From a virus: 64,000 nt of DNA. Below the pieces are notes generated by a model. The model did no database searches. It had not been told where the DNA came from and was given only the letters and a program-made list of their open reading frames with translations. Positions within the stretch are counted from its first letter, which is position 1, and the number at the start of each line of letters is the position of its first letter. A program made the position numbers and the translations under genes. Location of the stretch: the IMG/VR virus record IMGVR_UViG_3300045988_131485; one strand, written 5' to 3'. Of the stretch, positions 42,620-52,222 are shown piece after piece.

Positions 42620-43207
42620 ATGTACGAGACGAAATCGAAATGGTTCAAGAAAGTTCTCAGGGCGACGCTGTGTTTCTTGGTAGTCTGCGGATCTCTGAGT
42701 GCAATGCTGTTCGTCCCGAACAAAGAGGAGGAAACACCACAAGTCCCCATCGAAAAGGAACTTTGTGTTTACTCTGCGCCGCTTCAAGTGTCGCCTACAC
42801 CTACGCCTATTTCTATTGAGGAAGAACCGGCAGAACCCGAGGCAGACCTTAACCCATATGCAGAACTGTCACCCACGGATACCGAAAAAGAGCTGCTGGC
42901 GTGTATGGCCTACAGCGAGGCAGGAAACCAGAGCTTTGATGGTCAGGTTGCCGTGGTGCAGGTAGCGCTTAACCGCTATATGCACGAAGCGTATTCCGGC
43001 AGCATCAGTGATATTCTCTTCTCACCTTGTCAGTTTGTGGTAGGAGATTACTATGGGTCTGTGCAGATGGAAGCAGTAGATGCTGCTCTTGCCGGCCATC
43101 CAGCGTTGGATTTGAATACCGACGTAGTGTACTTCTCTACTGGATCTTTGACCTATGGTAGCTATTATAAGACGATCGGCGATCACGTCTTTCGCACTTA
43201 TATTTGA
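42620..43207 (+). CDS. cell-wall hydrolase (SleB/Hydrolase_2-like) with an N-terminal membrane anchor
   Basis: LACMAYSEAGNQSFDGQVAVVQVALNR..SPCQF is the SleB-family block. Confidence 0.7.
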   Translation: MYETKSKWFKKVLRATLCFLVVCGSLSAMLFVPNKEEETPQVPIEKELCVYSAPLQVSPTPTPISIEEEPAEPEADLNPYAELSPTDTEKELLACMAYSEAGNQSFDGQVAVVQVALNRYMHEAYSGSISDILFSPCQFVVGDYYGSVQMEAVDAALAGHPALDLNTDVVYFSTGSLTYGSYYKTIGDHVFRTYI

Positions 43208-43223
43208 TAGCAGCAAAGTAAAT
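43208..43223 (+). repeat. junction motif copy (TAGCAGCAAAGTAAAT)
   Basis: Begins 1 nt after the TGA stop and is followed by AAGGAGG and ATG 43242. Confidence 0.6.
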
Positions 43224-43241
43224 TAAACAAGGAGGATCAAC

Positions 43242-43922
43242 ATGGGAACAGTTACAATTCAGCGATTCACCTATAAGAATCCTATTTCCATGATCGGTGA
43301 GGAAGCTGGTGTCTGCTGGGGTGCAGATACCAGCGACCCCGAAAAAAACTACAAACGCGGCTTGGATTGCTTGGAAAACGAGCACGGCAGAACGTTTGAG
43401 TTCCCGGATGTCTATATGATCCTGGACGGCTATTCTGCCAGAGTGATCCGTGAGTGGTATACCCACATCGGCGGCGCTCCCACCAGACTACAGGCCAGTA
43501 CCAGATACATCGACTATGAAAGCGGTTTCGATTATGTAACACCGCCCAGCATTGCGGGTAACTCCGCCGCCGTCAAAGTCTACGACTGGATTATGAAGTG
43601 TATCCAGACTGGCTTGAAGATGTTGGAAGGGTTTGGTATCCCCAGAGAGGATTCTGCGCTTGGGCTTCCTCTGGGCATGGGCACCAAGATTGTGTGCAAG
43701 CATAATCTCCGCAACCTAATTGATATGTCGCATCAGCGGGAATGCAGCAGAGCTTATCACGAGTACCGTGGCCTGTTCGCTGATGTTGGCAACGCTCTGA
43801 GAGAGTATTCCGACGAGTGGGCATATCTGGTCGATCACTACTTTATGCCGAAGTGTGAATACTTCGGGTTCTGCCGGGAGAAGAAGTCCTGCGGCAGAAA
43901 AGGAAGGAGAGCTGCGGAATGA
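43242..43922 (+). CDS. thyX: ThyX-like flavin-dependent thymidylate synthase family protein (RHR signature altered)
   Basis: HGRTFEFP.., REWYTHIGGAPTRLQASTRY aligns by eye with QWFRHRIASYNELSGRY of ThyX. A later block is LPLG..NLRNLIDMSHQRECSRAYHEYR. Confidence 0.6.
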   Translation: MGTVTIQRFTYKNPISMIGEEAGVCWGADTSDPEKNYKRGLDCLENEHGRTFEFPDVYMILDGYSARVIREWYTHIGGAPTRLQASTRYIDYESGFDYVTPPSIAGNSAAVKVYDWIMKCIQTGLKMLEGFGIPREDSALGLPLGMGTKIVCKHNLRNLIDMSHQRECSRAYHEYRGLFADVGNALREYSDEWAYLVDHYFMPKCEYFGFCREKKSCGRKGRRAAE

Positions 43923-44482
43923 AAATCGTTTGCATTTCGGGTAAAGCCCAGCACGGTAAAGACACTACCGCCAAACTTTTGGAGGAGATTTTGGAAGCCC
44001 AAGGCAACCGTGTTTTGATTGCCCACTACGGCGATCTGGTCAAGTACGTATGTAAGACCTTCTTTGGCTGGGACGGCAAGAAGGATGAAAAGGGACGCAC
44101 GCTTCTCCAGCGTGTCGGTACTGACAAAATCCGCGCTGTCTCTCCTGATTATTGGGTAGATTTCATCGTCAGTATCCTCGACATCTTCTGCGACGAATGG
44201 GATTACGTGCTTATCCCTGATACTCGTTTCCCCAACGAGTATGAGATCTACGAGACCTACGGCATGGACGCTATTTTGTTGCGGGTAGTTCGCCCCAACT
44301 TCGTGTCTCCGTTGACCGAAGAGCAGCAGAAGCACGCTTCGGAGACTGCATTGGACGATTACCAGTACGACGCTACGATCGTCAACAGCGGCAGTTTGGA
44401 AGATCTCAAAGAGGCCGTAAACAACTTTGTGAACAACGCTCTCAAAGGAGAACTCCATGAAGAAACTGACAATTCTGTTTGA
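43919..44482 (+). CDS. deoxynucleoside monophosphate kinase-like P-loop protein
   Basis: MKIVCISGKAQHGKDT P-loop. Phage dNMP-kinase-like size and context. Confidence 0.6.
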   Translation: MKIVCISGKAQHGKDTTAKLLEEILEAQGNRVLIAHYGDLVKYVCKTFFGWDGKKDEKGRTLLQRVGTDKIRAVSPDYWVDFIVSILDIFCDEWDYVLIPDTRFPNEYEIYETYGMDAILLRVVRPNFVSPLTEEQQKHASETALDDYQYDATIVNSGSLEDLKEAVNNFVNNALKGELHEETDNSV

Positions 44483-45008
44483 TGCCGACGATACCGTAGA
44501 AAACCTGAGTGATTGCTGGATTGCAATGTTGAACGAGCGTTATGGTACCTCCGTAACGCCGGAAGATGTTCACGGCTGGGATATCTCCCTTGCTTTCCCC
44601 ACGCTGACGAAAGAGCAGGTATTCGGTGTACTCCATGATGACGAGCTTTGGCGGCGTATCACTCCGATCCCCGGCTCTGTTGAGGTACTCCAAAAGCTCT
44701 ATGACGAGGGGCACCAGCTCTATATGGTGACTGCATCCAGCTATCACACCTGCAAAACGAAGGTGGAGCGGCTTTTAGAGCTGTTCCCCTTCCTGGACTG
44801 GGAGCACATCATTTTTGCCTGCAACAAGCAAATGGTGCGTGGTGACGTTTTGATTGACGATGCCCCACACAACTTGGTTGGGGGCGAATACGCCAAAATT
44901 CTTTTTGACCGTCCCCATAATCGTAGCTTTGACCATGTAGCTCATGATGCACTCCGGGTAAACACGTGGGAAGAAATTGACCAAGTTATCCACAGCTATC
45001 TTTTGTAA
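44457..45008 (+). CDS. 5'(3')-deoxyribonucleotidase (HAD, NT5C-like)
   Basis: ILFDADDTVENL carries the DxDxT motif. Confidence 0.6.
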   Translation: MKKLTILFDADDTVENLSDCWIAMLNERYGTSVTPEDVHGWDISLAFPTLTKEQVFGVLHDDELWRRITPIPGSVEVLQKLYDEGHQLYMVTASSYHTCKTKVERLLELFPFLDWEHIIFACNKQMVRGDVLIDDAPHNLVGGEYAKILFDRPHNRSFDHVAHDALRVNTWEEIDQVIHSYLL

Positions 45009-45020
45009 GGAGGAATTTTT

Positions 45021-47315
45021 ATGGTTGTCATTAAACGTGATGGCCGTGAAGCCGACTTTGACAAAGGCAAAATTGCCAACGCCATTCTCAAGGCATTCAC
45101 GGAGGTTGAAAAGCTCAGTGCGGTAGGAGATAAGAACGAGGTGCCCAAGAAAATCTCCACCCGTTTGTATAACCGCTATCAGCGGCGCAACCGTGCGATT
45201 TCTGTTGAGGAAATCCAGGACGACGTTGAAACTGAGCTGATGAAAGAGGGCGAGTTCGTAGTCGCCAAAGCGTACATCAAGTATCGCTATGAACATGAGC
45301 TTCTGCGGAACGCTTCTTCTCTGGACGGCAAAATCCTCTCTATTGCGGATAACGTCAATGAAACAGTCATCCAGGAGAACAGCAACAAAAATCCCACAAT
45401 CCTCTCTACTCAGAGAGACTACATCGCCGGCGAGGTAAGCCGCGATATTACTGACCGTCTGCTTATGCCGGATGACATTAAGCAGGCGCACGAAGAGGGT
45501 GTTATCCACTTCCATGACAGTGACTACTTTGTGCAGCACATGATGAACTGCTGTCTGATCAATCTGGAAGATATGCTCCAGAACGGCACAGTTATTTCCG
45601 GTACCTTGATTGAAAAGCCTCACTCCTTCTCAACTGCCTGCAACGTCGCTACCCAGATCATTGCTCAGGTAGCCAGCAATCAGTATGGCGGTCAGTCTAT
45701 CTCCCTGTCCCACCTTGCCCCCTTTGTTGAGGTGAGCCGGCAAAAGATTCGCAAGCAGGTAGAGGCTGAGTTCCTGAAAATTTCTTCCCCGGACAACTTT
45801 GCAGACCCTGAGAAAGTGATCTCTGATCTGGTCGAAGAGCGTGTCCGTGAAGAAGTAAAGAAGGGCGTTCAGACTATCCAGTATCAAGTGATTACTCTCA
45901 TGACCACCAACGGTCAGGCTCCGTTCATTACTGTCTTTATGTATCTGAACGAGGTCAGCGATCCTCAAACCAAGAAAGACCTCGCTATGATTATCGAAGA
46001 AGTCGTGCGGCAGCGGTATCAAGGCGTCAAAAATGAGAAGGGCGTTTGGACAACCCCGGCGTTCCCCAAGCTGATCTATGTGCTGGAAGAGGATAACATC
46101 ACCGAGGATTCTCCCTACTGGTATTTGACCCAGCTGTGTGCCAAGTGCTCTGCCAAACGGCTGGTGCCCGACTACATCTCCGAAAAGAAGATGCGCGAGT
46201 ACAAGCTGTCAAAGGGCGAAACCGAAGGTAACGGCGATTGCTATACCTGTATGGGATGCCGTAGCTTCTTGACACCCGACCGCTCCGGTAACGGCTGGGA
46301 CAATGTTGCCAATGCCGGCAATTACCAGCCCGATAAGCCCAAGTATTACGGGCGTTTCAACCAGGGAGTCGTCACCATCAACCTCCCCGATGTTGCTCTG
46401 AGCGCTCTGAAAGTTTGGGAGGCAACCGGCGACCATAACGACATCCAGAATTTGTATGACACCTTCTGGGAGATTTTCGATGAGCGGCTGGAGCTGTGTC
46501 ATAAGGCGCTGCAAATCCGTCACGAGCGTTTGAGTGGTACTCTGTCCGATGCTTCTCCTATCCACTGGCAGTACGGCGCTTTGGCCCGCCTGAAAAAGGG
46601 CGAAACCATCGACAAGCTGCTTCACGGCGGCTACTCCACCATCTCTTTGGGTTATGCCGGCCTATACGAATGTGTTATGGCGATGACTGGCAAGAGCCAT
46701 ACCGACCCGGACGGAGAGCCTTTTGCACTCAAGGTTATGCAGTACATGAACGACAAGTGCGCTGCATGGAAAGCCGCTGAGGATATCGACTACTCTCTCT
46801 ACGGTACTCCTATTGAGAGTACCACCTATAAATTTGCTAAGTGTCTGCAAAAGCGCTTTGGTGTGATTGAGGGCATCACCGATAAGGGCTACATCACCAA
46901 CTCCTATCACGTTCACGTCACAGAGCATATCAATGCTTTTGATAAGCTGAGATTTGAGTCTCAGTTCCAGAAGCTCTCTCCGGGCGGAGCAATCAGCTAC
47001 ATCGAAGTGGCAAACCTCTCTGACAACATCCCCGCCGTACTGACGGTGTTGAAGTACATCTACGACAACATCATGTATGCGGAGCTGAACACGAAATCCG
47101 ACTACTGCCAGGTGTGCGGCTGGGATAAGGAAATCGAGATTGTGGACGACGATCGCGGCAAGCTGATTTGGAAGTGCCCCAACTGCGGGAATACCGATAA
47201 GAGCAAGATGAACATTGCGCGGCGTACCTGCGGCTACATCGGCCTGAATGACTGGAATCAGGGTAGAACGCAAGAAATCAAAGAACGTTATGTCCACCTG
47301 GGTGGCGACGAATGA
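45021..47315 (+). CDS. nrdD: anaerobic ribonucleoside-triphosphate reductase
   Basis: N-terminal ATP-cone (VIKRDGREADFDKGKI), C-terminal zinc site CQVCG..CPNCG, and glycyl-radical motif RRTCGYIG. Confidence 0.95.
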   Translation: MVVIKRDGREADFDKGKIANAILKAFTEVEKLSAVGDKNEVPKKISTRLYNRYQRRNRAISVEEIQDDVETELMKEGEFVVAKAYIKYRYEHELLRNASSLDGKILSIADNVNETVIQENSNKNPTILSTQRDYIAGEVSRDITDRLLMPDDIKQAHEEGVIHFHDSDYFVQHMMNCCLINLEDMLQNGTVISGTLIEKPHSFSTACNVATQIIAQVASNQYGGQSISLSHLAPFVEVSRQKIRKQVEAEFLKISSPDNFADPEKVISDLVEERVREEVKKGVQTIQYQVITLMTTNGQAPFITVFMYLNEVSDPQTKKDLAMIIEEVVRQRYQGVKNEKGVWTTPAFPKLIYVLEEDNITEDSPYWYLTQLCAKCSAKRLVPDYISEKKMREYKLSKGETEGNGDCYTCMGCRSFLTPDRSGNGWDNVANAGNYQPDKPKYYGRFNQGVVTINLPDVALSALKVWEATGDHNDIQNLYDTFWEIFDERLELCHKALQIRHERLSGTLSDASPIHWQYGALARLKKGETIDKLLHGGYSTISLGYAGLYECVMAMTGKSHTDPDGEPFALKVMQYMNDKCAAWKAAEDIDYSLYGTPIESTTYKFAKCLQKRFGVIEGITDKGYITNSYHVHVTEHINAFDKLRFESQFQKLSPGGAISYIEVANLSDNIPAVLTVLKYIYDNIMYAELNTKSDYCQVCGWDKEIEIVDDDRGKLIWKCPNCGNTDKSKMNIARRTCGYIGLNDWNQGRTQEIKERYVHLGGDE

Positions 47316-47860
47316 ACTACGCGAAGATCCGCAACTATGACATCGCAAACGGAGAGGGAGTCCGCACCTCCCTCTTCGTAAGCGGATGTACAAATCACTG
47401 CCCCGGTTGCTTTAATCCAGAGGAGCAGGATTTTAACTGTGGTAGACCATTCACAAAGGAGACTATCGCAGAGATTCACAAAATGCTTGCCAACCCTGTT
47501 ATCTCAGGGCTTTCTCTACTTGGCGGAGATCCGCTTTGTCAGGACTACGGTGGGATTCATGATCTCATTGATCTTTGTTTCTACACACATTCAATCGGTA
47601 AAACCGTGTGGCTATGGACTGGATTTATCTGGGAGAACTGTTATAACCCTCTTTTCCCGGATAAAGACGAGGATGATCACCAATTTGCACAAATGGTCTT
47701 GCTTACATCATGTGATGTTGTGATTGACGGCCCCTTCAAAATGGAGCTGTCTGACCGGATGTTGAAATGGCGTGGTTCTGCAAATCAGCGGGTCATCGAC
47801 GTACAGAAAACCTTGCGCCAAAAGAAAATTGTCCTATATGAAGGTGAGCACTATGAATGA
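47312..47860 (+). CDS. nrdG: anaerobic RNR activating enzyme (radical SAM)
   Basis: SGCTNHCPGCFN cluster motif. ATGA overlap with nrdD. Confidence 0.9.
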   Translation: MNYAKIRNYDIANGEGVRTSLFVSGCTNHCPGCFNPEEQDFNCGRPFTKETIAEIHKMLANPVISGLSLLGGDPLCQDYGGIHDLIDLCFYTHSIGKTVWLWTGFIWENCYNPLFPDKDEDDHQFAQMVLLTSCDVVIDGPFKMELSDRMLKWRGSANQRVIDVQKTLRQKKIVLYEGEHYE

Positions 47861-48176
47861 AAAGATCGAATTTCGCTGTCCCAAATGCGGGAAGCTCCTG
47901 GACAGTATTACACTGGATTATCGGTTAAAGTGGCTATGTAGCAAATGTGCCGAGGATCAATCTGATGTTCTGCACTGTGAGCGTGGATGTAAGGTTAAAG
48001 CCGTGGATCTGGACGCCGGGTTGAGCTGTGATTCCAAACAGGCTCATGAGCTTTTGACAGAAGGTCAGGTTTACGAGGTTGAAAAGATTCATGTCGGTGG
48101 TTGGTGCTCCTCTATCCGGCTCAAAGAGTTTCCCGGTAAAGAGTTTAACACCGTACACTTCATTCGTTACGAATAG
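47853..48176 (+). CDS. zinc-ribbon protein (107 aa)
   Basis: CPKCGK..CSKC. ATG 47853 overlaps the nrdG stop region. Confidence 0.5.
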   Translation: MNEKIEFRCPKCGKLLDSITLDYRLKWLCSKCAEDQSDVLHCERGCKVKAVDLDAGLSCDSKQAHELLTEGQVYEVEKIHVGGWCSSIRLKEFPGKEFNTVHFIRYE

Positions 48177-48184
48177 GAGGAAAT

Positions 48185-48691
48185 ATGGAGACTGTTGAAA
48201 TTTTAGCAGGTGGCGAATTTGCCAATGCCGTAAAAAGTCTTGGCCTGACATCTGCCGTGTGTGCTTACCATTATCAGCCTCAGCCTACGCATTGGCGTGA
48301 AGAATACCAAGTTTGGCTGTTGTCCAAAGAGGATTTTGACAATATCTGTGCTATCGACAACGATGACTGGAAGGACGATTGGGGCTGGTGGCGTCACGCT
48401 TATGGTTCTAATCTGGGCACTGTTGACTGCGCCTATATTATCAATGGTGAAAAGCTGATGGCGTGGGATGGTCTTCAGCGTAAAGAGTGGTGTCAGGATT
48501 GCAGTGATTGCGCTGGCACCGAAAAGGACAAGGACGAATGCTTTCACGACCATCAGTACCCCGACATTCTCATCTATCTTTGCGATGAAATTGGGGCTTC
48601 TACCGAGCGCAATGTTTGCGCTTGCACGATTGATCTGGCACGGCAAAACAACCTAACCCTTGCAGAGCTTTTCAAAAAGTATTTGGGATAG
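48185..48691 (+). CDS. hypothetical protein (168 aa)
   Basis: ATG after AGGAGG. No motif recognised. Confidence 0.6.
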   Translation: METVEILAGGEFANAVKSLGLTSAVCAYHYQPQPTHWREEYQVWLLSKEDFDNICAIDNDDWKDDWGWWRHAYGSNLGTVDCAYIINGEKLMAWDGLQRKEWCQDCSDCAGTEKDKDECFHDHQYPDILIYLCDEIGASTERNVCACTIDLARQNNLTLAELFKKYLG

Positions 48692-48751
48692 GTCGTGTAA
48701 AAAACAGTATCATCCGCACAACAAAACTATCAAATTGGGAGGCAAACGAAA

Positions 48752-49777
48752 ATGCTCATCATTAACCTTTTTGGCGCTCCCGGTGCTGGTAAATCCACCG
48801 GAGCTGCCTATGTCTTCTCTCAGCTGAAAGCTGCCGGCGTTAATGCCGAGCTTGTCACCGAGTTCGCCAAAGATAAGGTATGGGAAGGGACAAAGGCCGT
48901 TTTCGAGAATCAGGCATACATCTTTGGCAAGCAGTATTTCCGCATCAGCCGGCTTGAGGGCAAGGTCGATGTGGTGATTACCGATTCACCTATCCTGCTC
49001 TCTGCGTTCTATAACGACAACGACCACGTGCTGGGTGAAGAGTTCGACAAACTGGTTTTCAAAGTCTTCGATTACTATAACCGCATCGACGTGTTTGTTC
49101 ATCGGGTGAAACCCTATAACGAAGCAGGACGCTTCCAGACCGAGGAAGAGAGCGATGCAATCAGCAAAGAAATGCTGCGTTTCTTGGACAAGTTCGGTGT
49201 TGACTGTCTGCACATCAACGGCGATTTCGCAGGATATGACAGCCTGGTTGATACCGTACTGGACGCTTTGGCAGCAGACGGCAAGCCTTTTGTCTGCCCG
49301 CATCCTTCTGATGTCTGCCCGCGCCCTTCTGATTCGGCAGAGGCGCTAACAATTAAGGTGCGCTATCTCAGCGATAAAATCCAACCATTGGAATATATCG
49401 ACGGCAAGTCTGACTGGGTTGACCTTCGGGCAGCTGAGGATGTTGAGCTGAAGGCTGGTGAGTTCAAGCTGATCCCCCTGGGAATTGCTATGCAGCTTCC
49501 CAAGGGTTATGAAGCAATCGTAGCCCCTCGCAGCTCAACCTATAAGAATTTCGGTATTCGTCAAACCAACAGCATCGGCGTAATCGACGAGACTTACTGT
49601 GGTGACAACGACCAGTGGTATTTCCCCGCCCGTGCAGACCGCCATACCGTTATTCATGTCGGCGATCGTATCTGTCAGTTTCGCATTGAGAAGCACCAGC
49701 CCCAGCTGTTTTTCGAGCCGGTCGATACGCTGGGCAACGCTGATCGAGGCGGTATCGGCTCTACGGGAAAGAGGTGA
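48752..49777 (+). CDS. dut: fusion: P-loop NTPase/kinase-like domain + trimeric dUTPase domain
   Basis: Walker [11 protein letters not shown]. The C-terminal half has dUTPase motifs [15 protein letters not shown] and GGIGSTG. Confidence 0.8.
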   Translation: MLIINLFGAPGAGKSTGAAYVFSQLKAAGVNAELVTEFAKDKVWEGTKAVFENQAYIFGKQYFRISRLEGKVDVVITDSPILLSAFYNDNDHVLGEEFDKLVFKVFDYYNRIDVFVHRVKPYNEAGRFQTEEESDAISKEMLRFLDKFGVDCLHINGDFAGYDSLVDTVLDALAADGKPFVCPHPSDVCPRPSDSAEALTIKVRYLSDKIQPLEYIDGKSDWVDLRAAEDVELKAGEFKLIPLGIAMQLPKGYEAIVAPRSSTYKNFGIRQTNSIGVIDETYCGDNDQWYFPARADRHTVIHVGDRICQFRIEKHQPQLFFEPVDTLGNADRGGIGSTGKR

Positions 49778-49827
49778 GCGATGTGCCCCAGTCGAAGATC
49801 ATATGCTTCAATAAGGAGGGCTAAAGT

Positions 49828-50013
49828 GTGAATGAAACACCGATTTCACCCACATCTAAATGGTGTGACAATCAGTCCGTAGACGAGCTGGGCAAAGTAA
49901 TCTGCTTGGCCCATCTCGCCGAGGCCAGAGTTCCAGACTGTCCATACAAAAGTAAGGAGGAGCGAGCGAGTGCCAAATATCCTTGCTCCGACTATGAAGA
50001 GGTGAGAACATGA
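49828..50013 (+). CDS. hypothetical small protein (61 aa)
   Basis: GTG after AAGGAGGG. Confidence 0.45.
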   Translation: MNETPISPTSKWCDNQSVDELGKVICLAHLAEARVPDCPYKSKEERASAKYPCSDYEEVRT

Positions 50014-50318
50014 AAGGTCTATTCCGAAAACGCGGCGGCGGTAAAACGACCGCATTAGTTTACACATCGGCGATAACCGGATATCCGATTGTCGTACCAA
50101 CTACCATCAACAAGCGTTACGTAAAAGACGTGGCACGGCGGGCAGGTGTATCTATCCCTGAACCGATTGTTATGTCTGAGGATACCAGAGGCCGTCGAAT
50201 TGGTGGTGTACTCATTGACAACGCCGAAGAAATTATCCGGGCGTATGCTGCAGAGCATTTCAATGCCCCGGTCATAGCCTATACCATAACGGTAGACGGG
50301 GATGGTGATAGCGCATGA
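50010..50318 (+). CDS. hypothetical protein with a Walker-A-like GGGKTT (102 aa)
   Basis: ATGA overlap on both sides. RGGGKTTAL. Confidence 0.5.
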   Translation: MKGLFRKRGGGKTTALVYTSAITGYPIVVPTTINKRYVKDVARRAGVSIPEPIVMSEDTRGRRIGGVLIDNAEEIIRAYAAEHFNAPVIAYTITVDGDGDSA

Positions 50319-51184
50319 GCCTCCTCCCTAATACGGTCATCAATGGCAACTGCTTGGAAGTCATGAAGGAAATTGATGATGCGAGCATTGACATGATCCT
50401 TTGTGATTTGCCTTATGGGGCGACTCAGAACTCATGGGACTCGGTTATCCCGCCTGCTCCGCTCTGGGAGCAGTATGAGCGGATTATCAAACCGAATGGT
50501 GCGATCCTACTATTCGGCCAGGATAAATTTACCGCTACCATGATGCTCTCTAACCCTAAGCTGCACCGCTACAATATCATCTGGGACAAGGTGCTAAAGA
50601 GCGGATTTCTCAACGCCAAGAAAATGCCGCTTAGAGAGCACGAGGATATCATGGTGTTCTACAAATCTCCGCCGCCATATCATCCGCAAATGACAGTTGG
50701 CGAGAAAAACCACACCAAGGGCAAGGCCGTAGGGAAACAGGCGGAAGACGTTCATTCTAACCGGAGCTACGGCAACTATACATTGGTAGAGTCGCCAGAC
50801 GGTAACATGAAGTACCCAGCGTCAATTTGGCGCTTCCCTAAACCCCACCCGTCCGTAGCGCTCCACGCCACTGAAAAACCTGTTGATCTGTTGCGCTACG
50901 CAATCCGTACTTACACTGACAGGAATGCAATCGTCCTGGATAACTGTTGCGGCACCGGATCTACTCTCATTGCTGCCAAGCTGGAAGGACGCAGATACAT
51001 TGGGATTGACAATGGTGTGTGTGATAAAAAGAAAAGCCCTTACTATGGAATGCCTTGGGCGCAAGTAGCTCAAATCAGATTGGAGGCGATCGACCATGAA
51101 CCTGCCGATGAACCTGAACGACATCGACCTTTGGGAGAAGGAACTACTGAAGGGGTTTGCACTCCCTCTGGGGTTTCTGCCTGA
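50315..51184 (+). CDS. DNA methyltransferase, N4/N6 beta-class (PF01555-like)
   Basis: Motif IV ILCDLPYG comes first. Later come EKPVDLLRYAI and motif I VLDNCCGTGST. Confidence 0.85.
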   Translation: MSLLPNTVINGNCLEVMKEIDDASIDMILCDLPYGATQNSWDSVIPPAPLWEQYERIIKPNGAILLFGQDKFTATMMLSNPKLHRYNIIWDKVLKSGFLNAKKMPLREHEDIMVFYKSPPPYHPQMTVGEKNHTKGKAVGKQAEDVHSNRSYGNYTLVESPDGNMKYPASIWRFPKPHPSVALHATEKPVDLLRYAIRTYTDRNAIVLDNCCGTGSTLIAAKLEGRRYIGIDNGVCDKKKSPYYGMPWAQVAQIRLEAIDHEPADEPERHRPLGEGTTEGVCTPSGVSA

Positions 51185-51644
51185 AATCGGTGAAGTAGTG
51201 AACATTCTCGAACCGTTCAAAAGACTGACTATTTTTGAGCCGGTCGAAAAAGACGGAGAGACAACCGAAAAGAAAGTCACTGTAGGTATCATATACCGCT
51301 CCGATGGCTTATATGCTTGGGATAACAGCAGAGCTATACCCAACGAATATGACGAGGCTATCAAATGGAGTCCAGCCAGCCAGCTCCCGGAATATGCCAT
51401 TCGGCGTAAGGCTATTGTCACCAAGTTCGAGTACAAGCTGCTTCGATCCTTTACCGCTGATGACATCAAACTTCTTCGGTTGGACTATGCTTCACAAGAT
51501 GATCCCCAGCTTCTTATGGAGGAATATCTGCCCATCAAGAACTTTGAGTTGTTATATGGCTGGTGGAAGCAGCACTATAAAGCGACCCTGAAAGACTGCG
51601 ACAATCCACAGGCCATTATCCTCCATCTTGCTTCAACAGACTGA
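51096..51644 (+). CDS. hypothetical protein (182 aa or shorter)
   Basis: The ORF overlaps the methyltransferase 3' end by 89 nt, so the true start is uncertain. Confidence 0.5.
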   Translation: MNLPMNLNDIDLWEKELLKGFALPLGFLPEIGEVVNILEPFKRLTIFEPVEKDGETTEKKVTVGIIYRSDGLYAWDNSRAIPNEYDEAIKWSPASQLPEYAIRRKAIVTKFEYKLLRSFTADDIKLLRLDYASQDDPQLLMEEYLPIKNFELLYGWWKQHYKATLKDCDNPQAIILHLASTD

Positions 51645-51657
51645 CAACAAACTTCAT

Positions 51658-51673
51658 TAGCAACAAAGAAAAT
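51658..51673 (+). repeat. junction motif copy (TAGCAACAAAGAAAAT)
   Basis: Lies 14 nt after the stop of 51096..51644, upstream of a promoter. Confidence 0.6.
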
Positions 51674-51686
51674 CACGGCTTCCCTC

Positions 51687-51715
51687 TTGACAAATTGGGA
51701 GGCCGTGATTATACT
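51687..51715 (+). promoter_or_regulatory. sigma-A-type promoter
   Basis: TTGACA (51687-51692), 17-nt spacer, TATACT (51710-51715). The next junction motif starts 8 nt after the -10. Confidence 0.65.
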
Positions 51716-51722
51716 ATGTATA

Positions 51723-51738
51723 TAGCAACAAAGTAAAT
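51723..51738 (+). repeat. junction motif copy (TAGCAACAAAGTAAAT) at the predicted 5' end of the transcript
   Basis: Followed by TATTCT..ATAGGAGG and ATG 51767. Confidence 0.65.
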
Positions 51739-51766
51739 TATTCTACCATTATAGGAGGACTGCCAA

Positions 51767-52219
51767 ATGAAAGTAGCTATGGTAAAGCATAAGCCCTATG
51801 GCAAGGTGTTCTGGTTCGAGATCCCTGAGCACCTTGTAGGCAAACTTCAGCCCGGATTTCGTGTGGCCTGTAATACAGCGCGTGGTCGGCGGTATGGCAC
51901 CGTAGTGGCTGCGGATCTTGACGAGCAGGATGTGAAAGAGGTTATGTTGGCCTCCGGCGCTACCTTCCCGCTCTCCACAATCGAAGCCACCACCCAGGAG
52001 GTACTGATAAGCGCCATCAAGATTCCGGGATATATGGCCCGCACAAAGCCCAGCGATGAGAAGATCGCAAAGCGTTTTCTGGAGTTCTATCATACCGGCC
52101 AGTTCAATACCAATGTTGCCCTGGACGATAACGCCGTCTTGATTGACGGCTATTCCGCCTATCTGGTAGCGCAAAAAGTTGGCCTCGCGCTCCTCCCTGC
52201 AATCTACAAGGAGGTCTGA
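51767..52219 (+). CDS. hypothetical protein with a ParB/Srx-like C-terminal region
   Basis: VLIDGYSAYLVAQKVGL resembles the ParB N-terminal-domain DGxHRxxA block, but the His-Arg pair is absent. Confidence 0.4.
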   Translation: MKVAMVKHKPYGKVFWFEIPEHLVGKLQPGFRVACNTARGRRYGTVVAADLDEQDVKEVMLASGATFPLSTIEATTQEVLISAIKIPGYMARTKPSDEKIAKRFLEFYHTGQFNTNVALDDNAVLIDGYSAYLVAQKVGLALLPAIYKEV

Positions 52220-52222
52220 GAT

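Noticed and set aside
51096-51184. 89-nt overlap between the beta-class methyltransferase gene and the next ORF, as a sign of a frameshift or fusion
   Set aside because: There is no homopolymer or slippery sequence in the overlap. The methyltransferase already contains all expected motifs upstream. The simplest explanation is a later true start for the downstream ORF.
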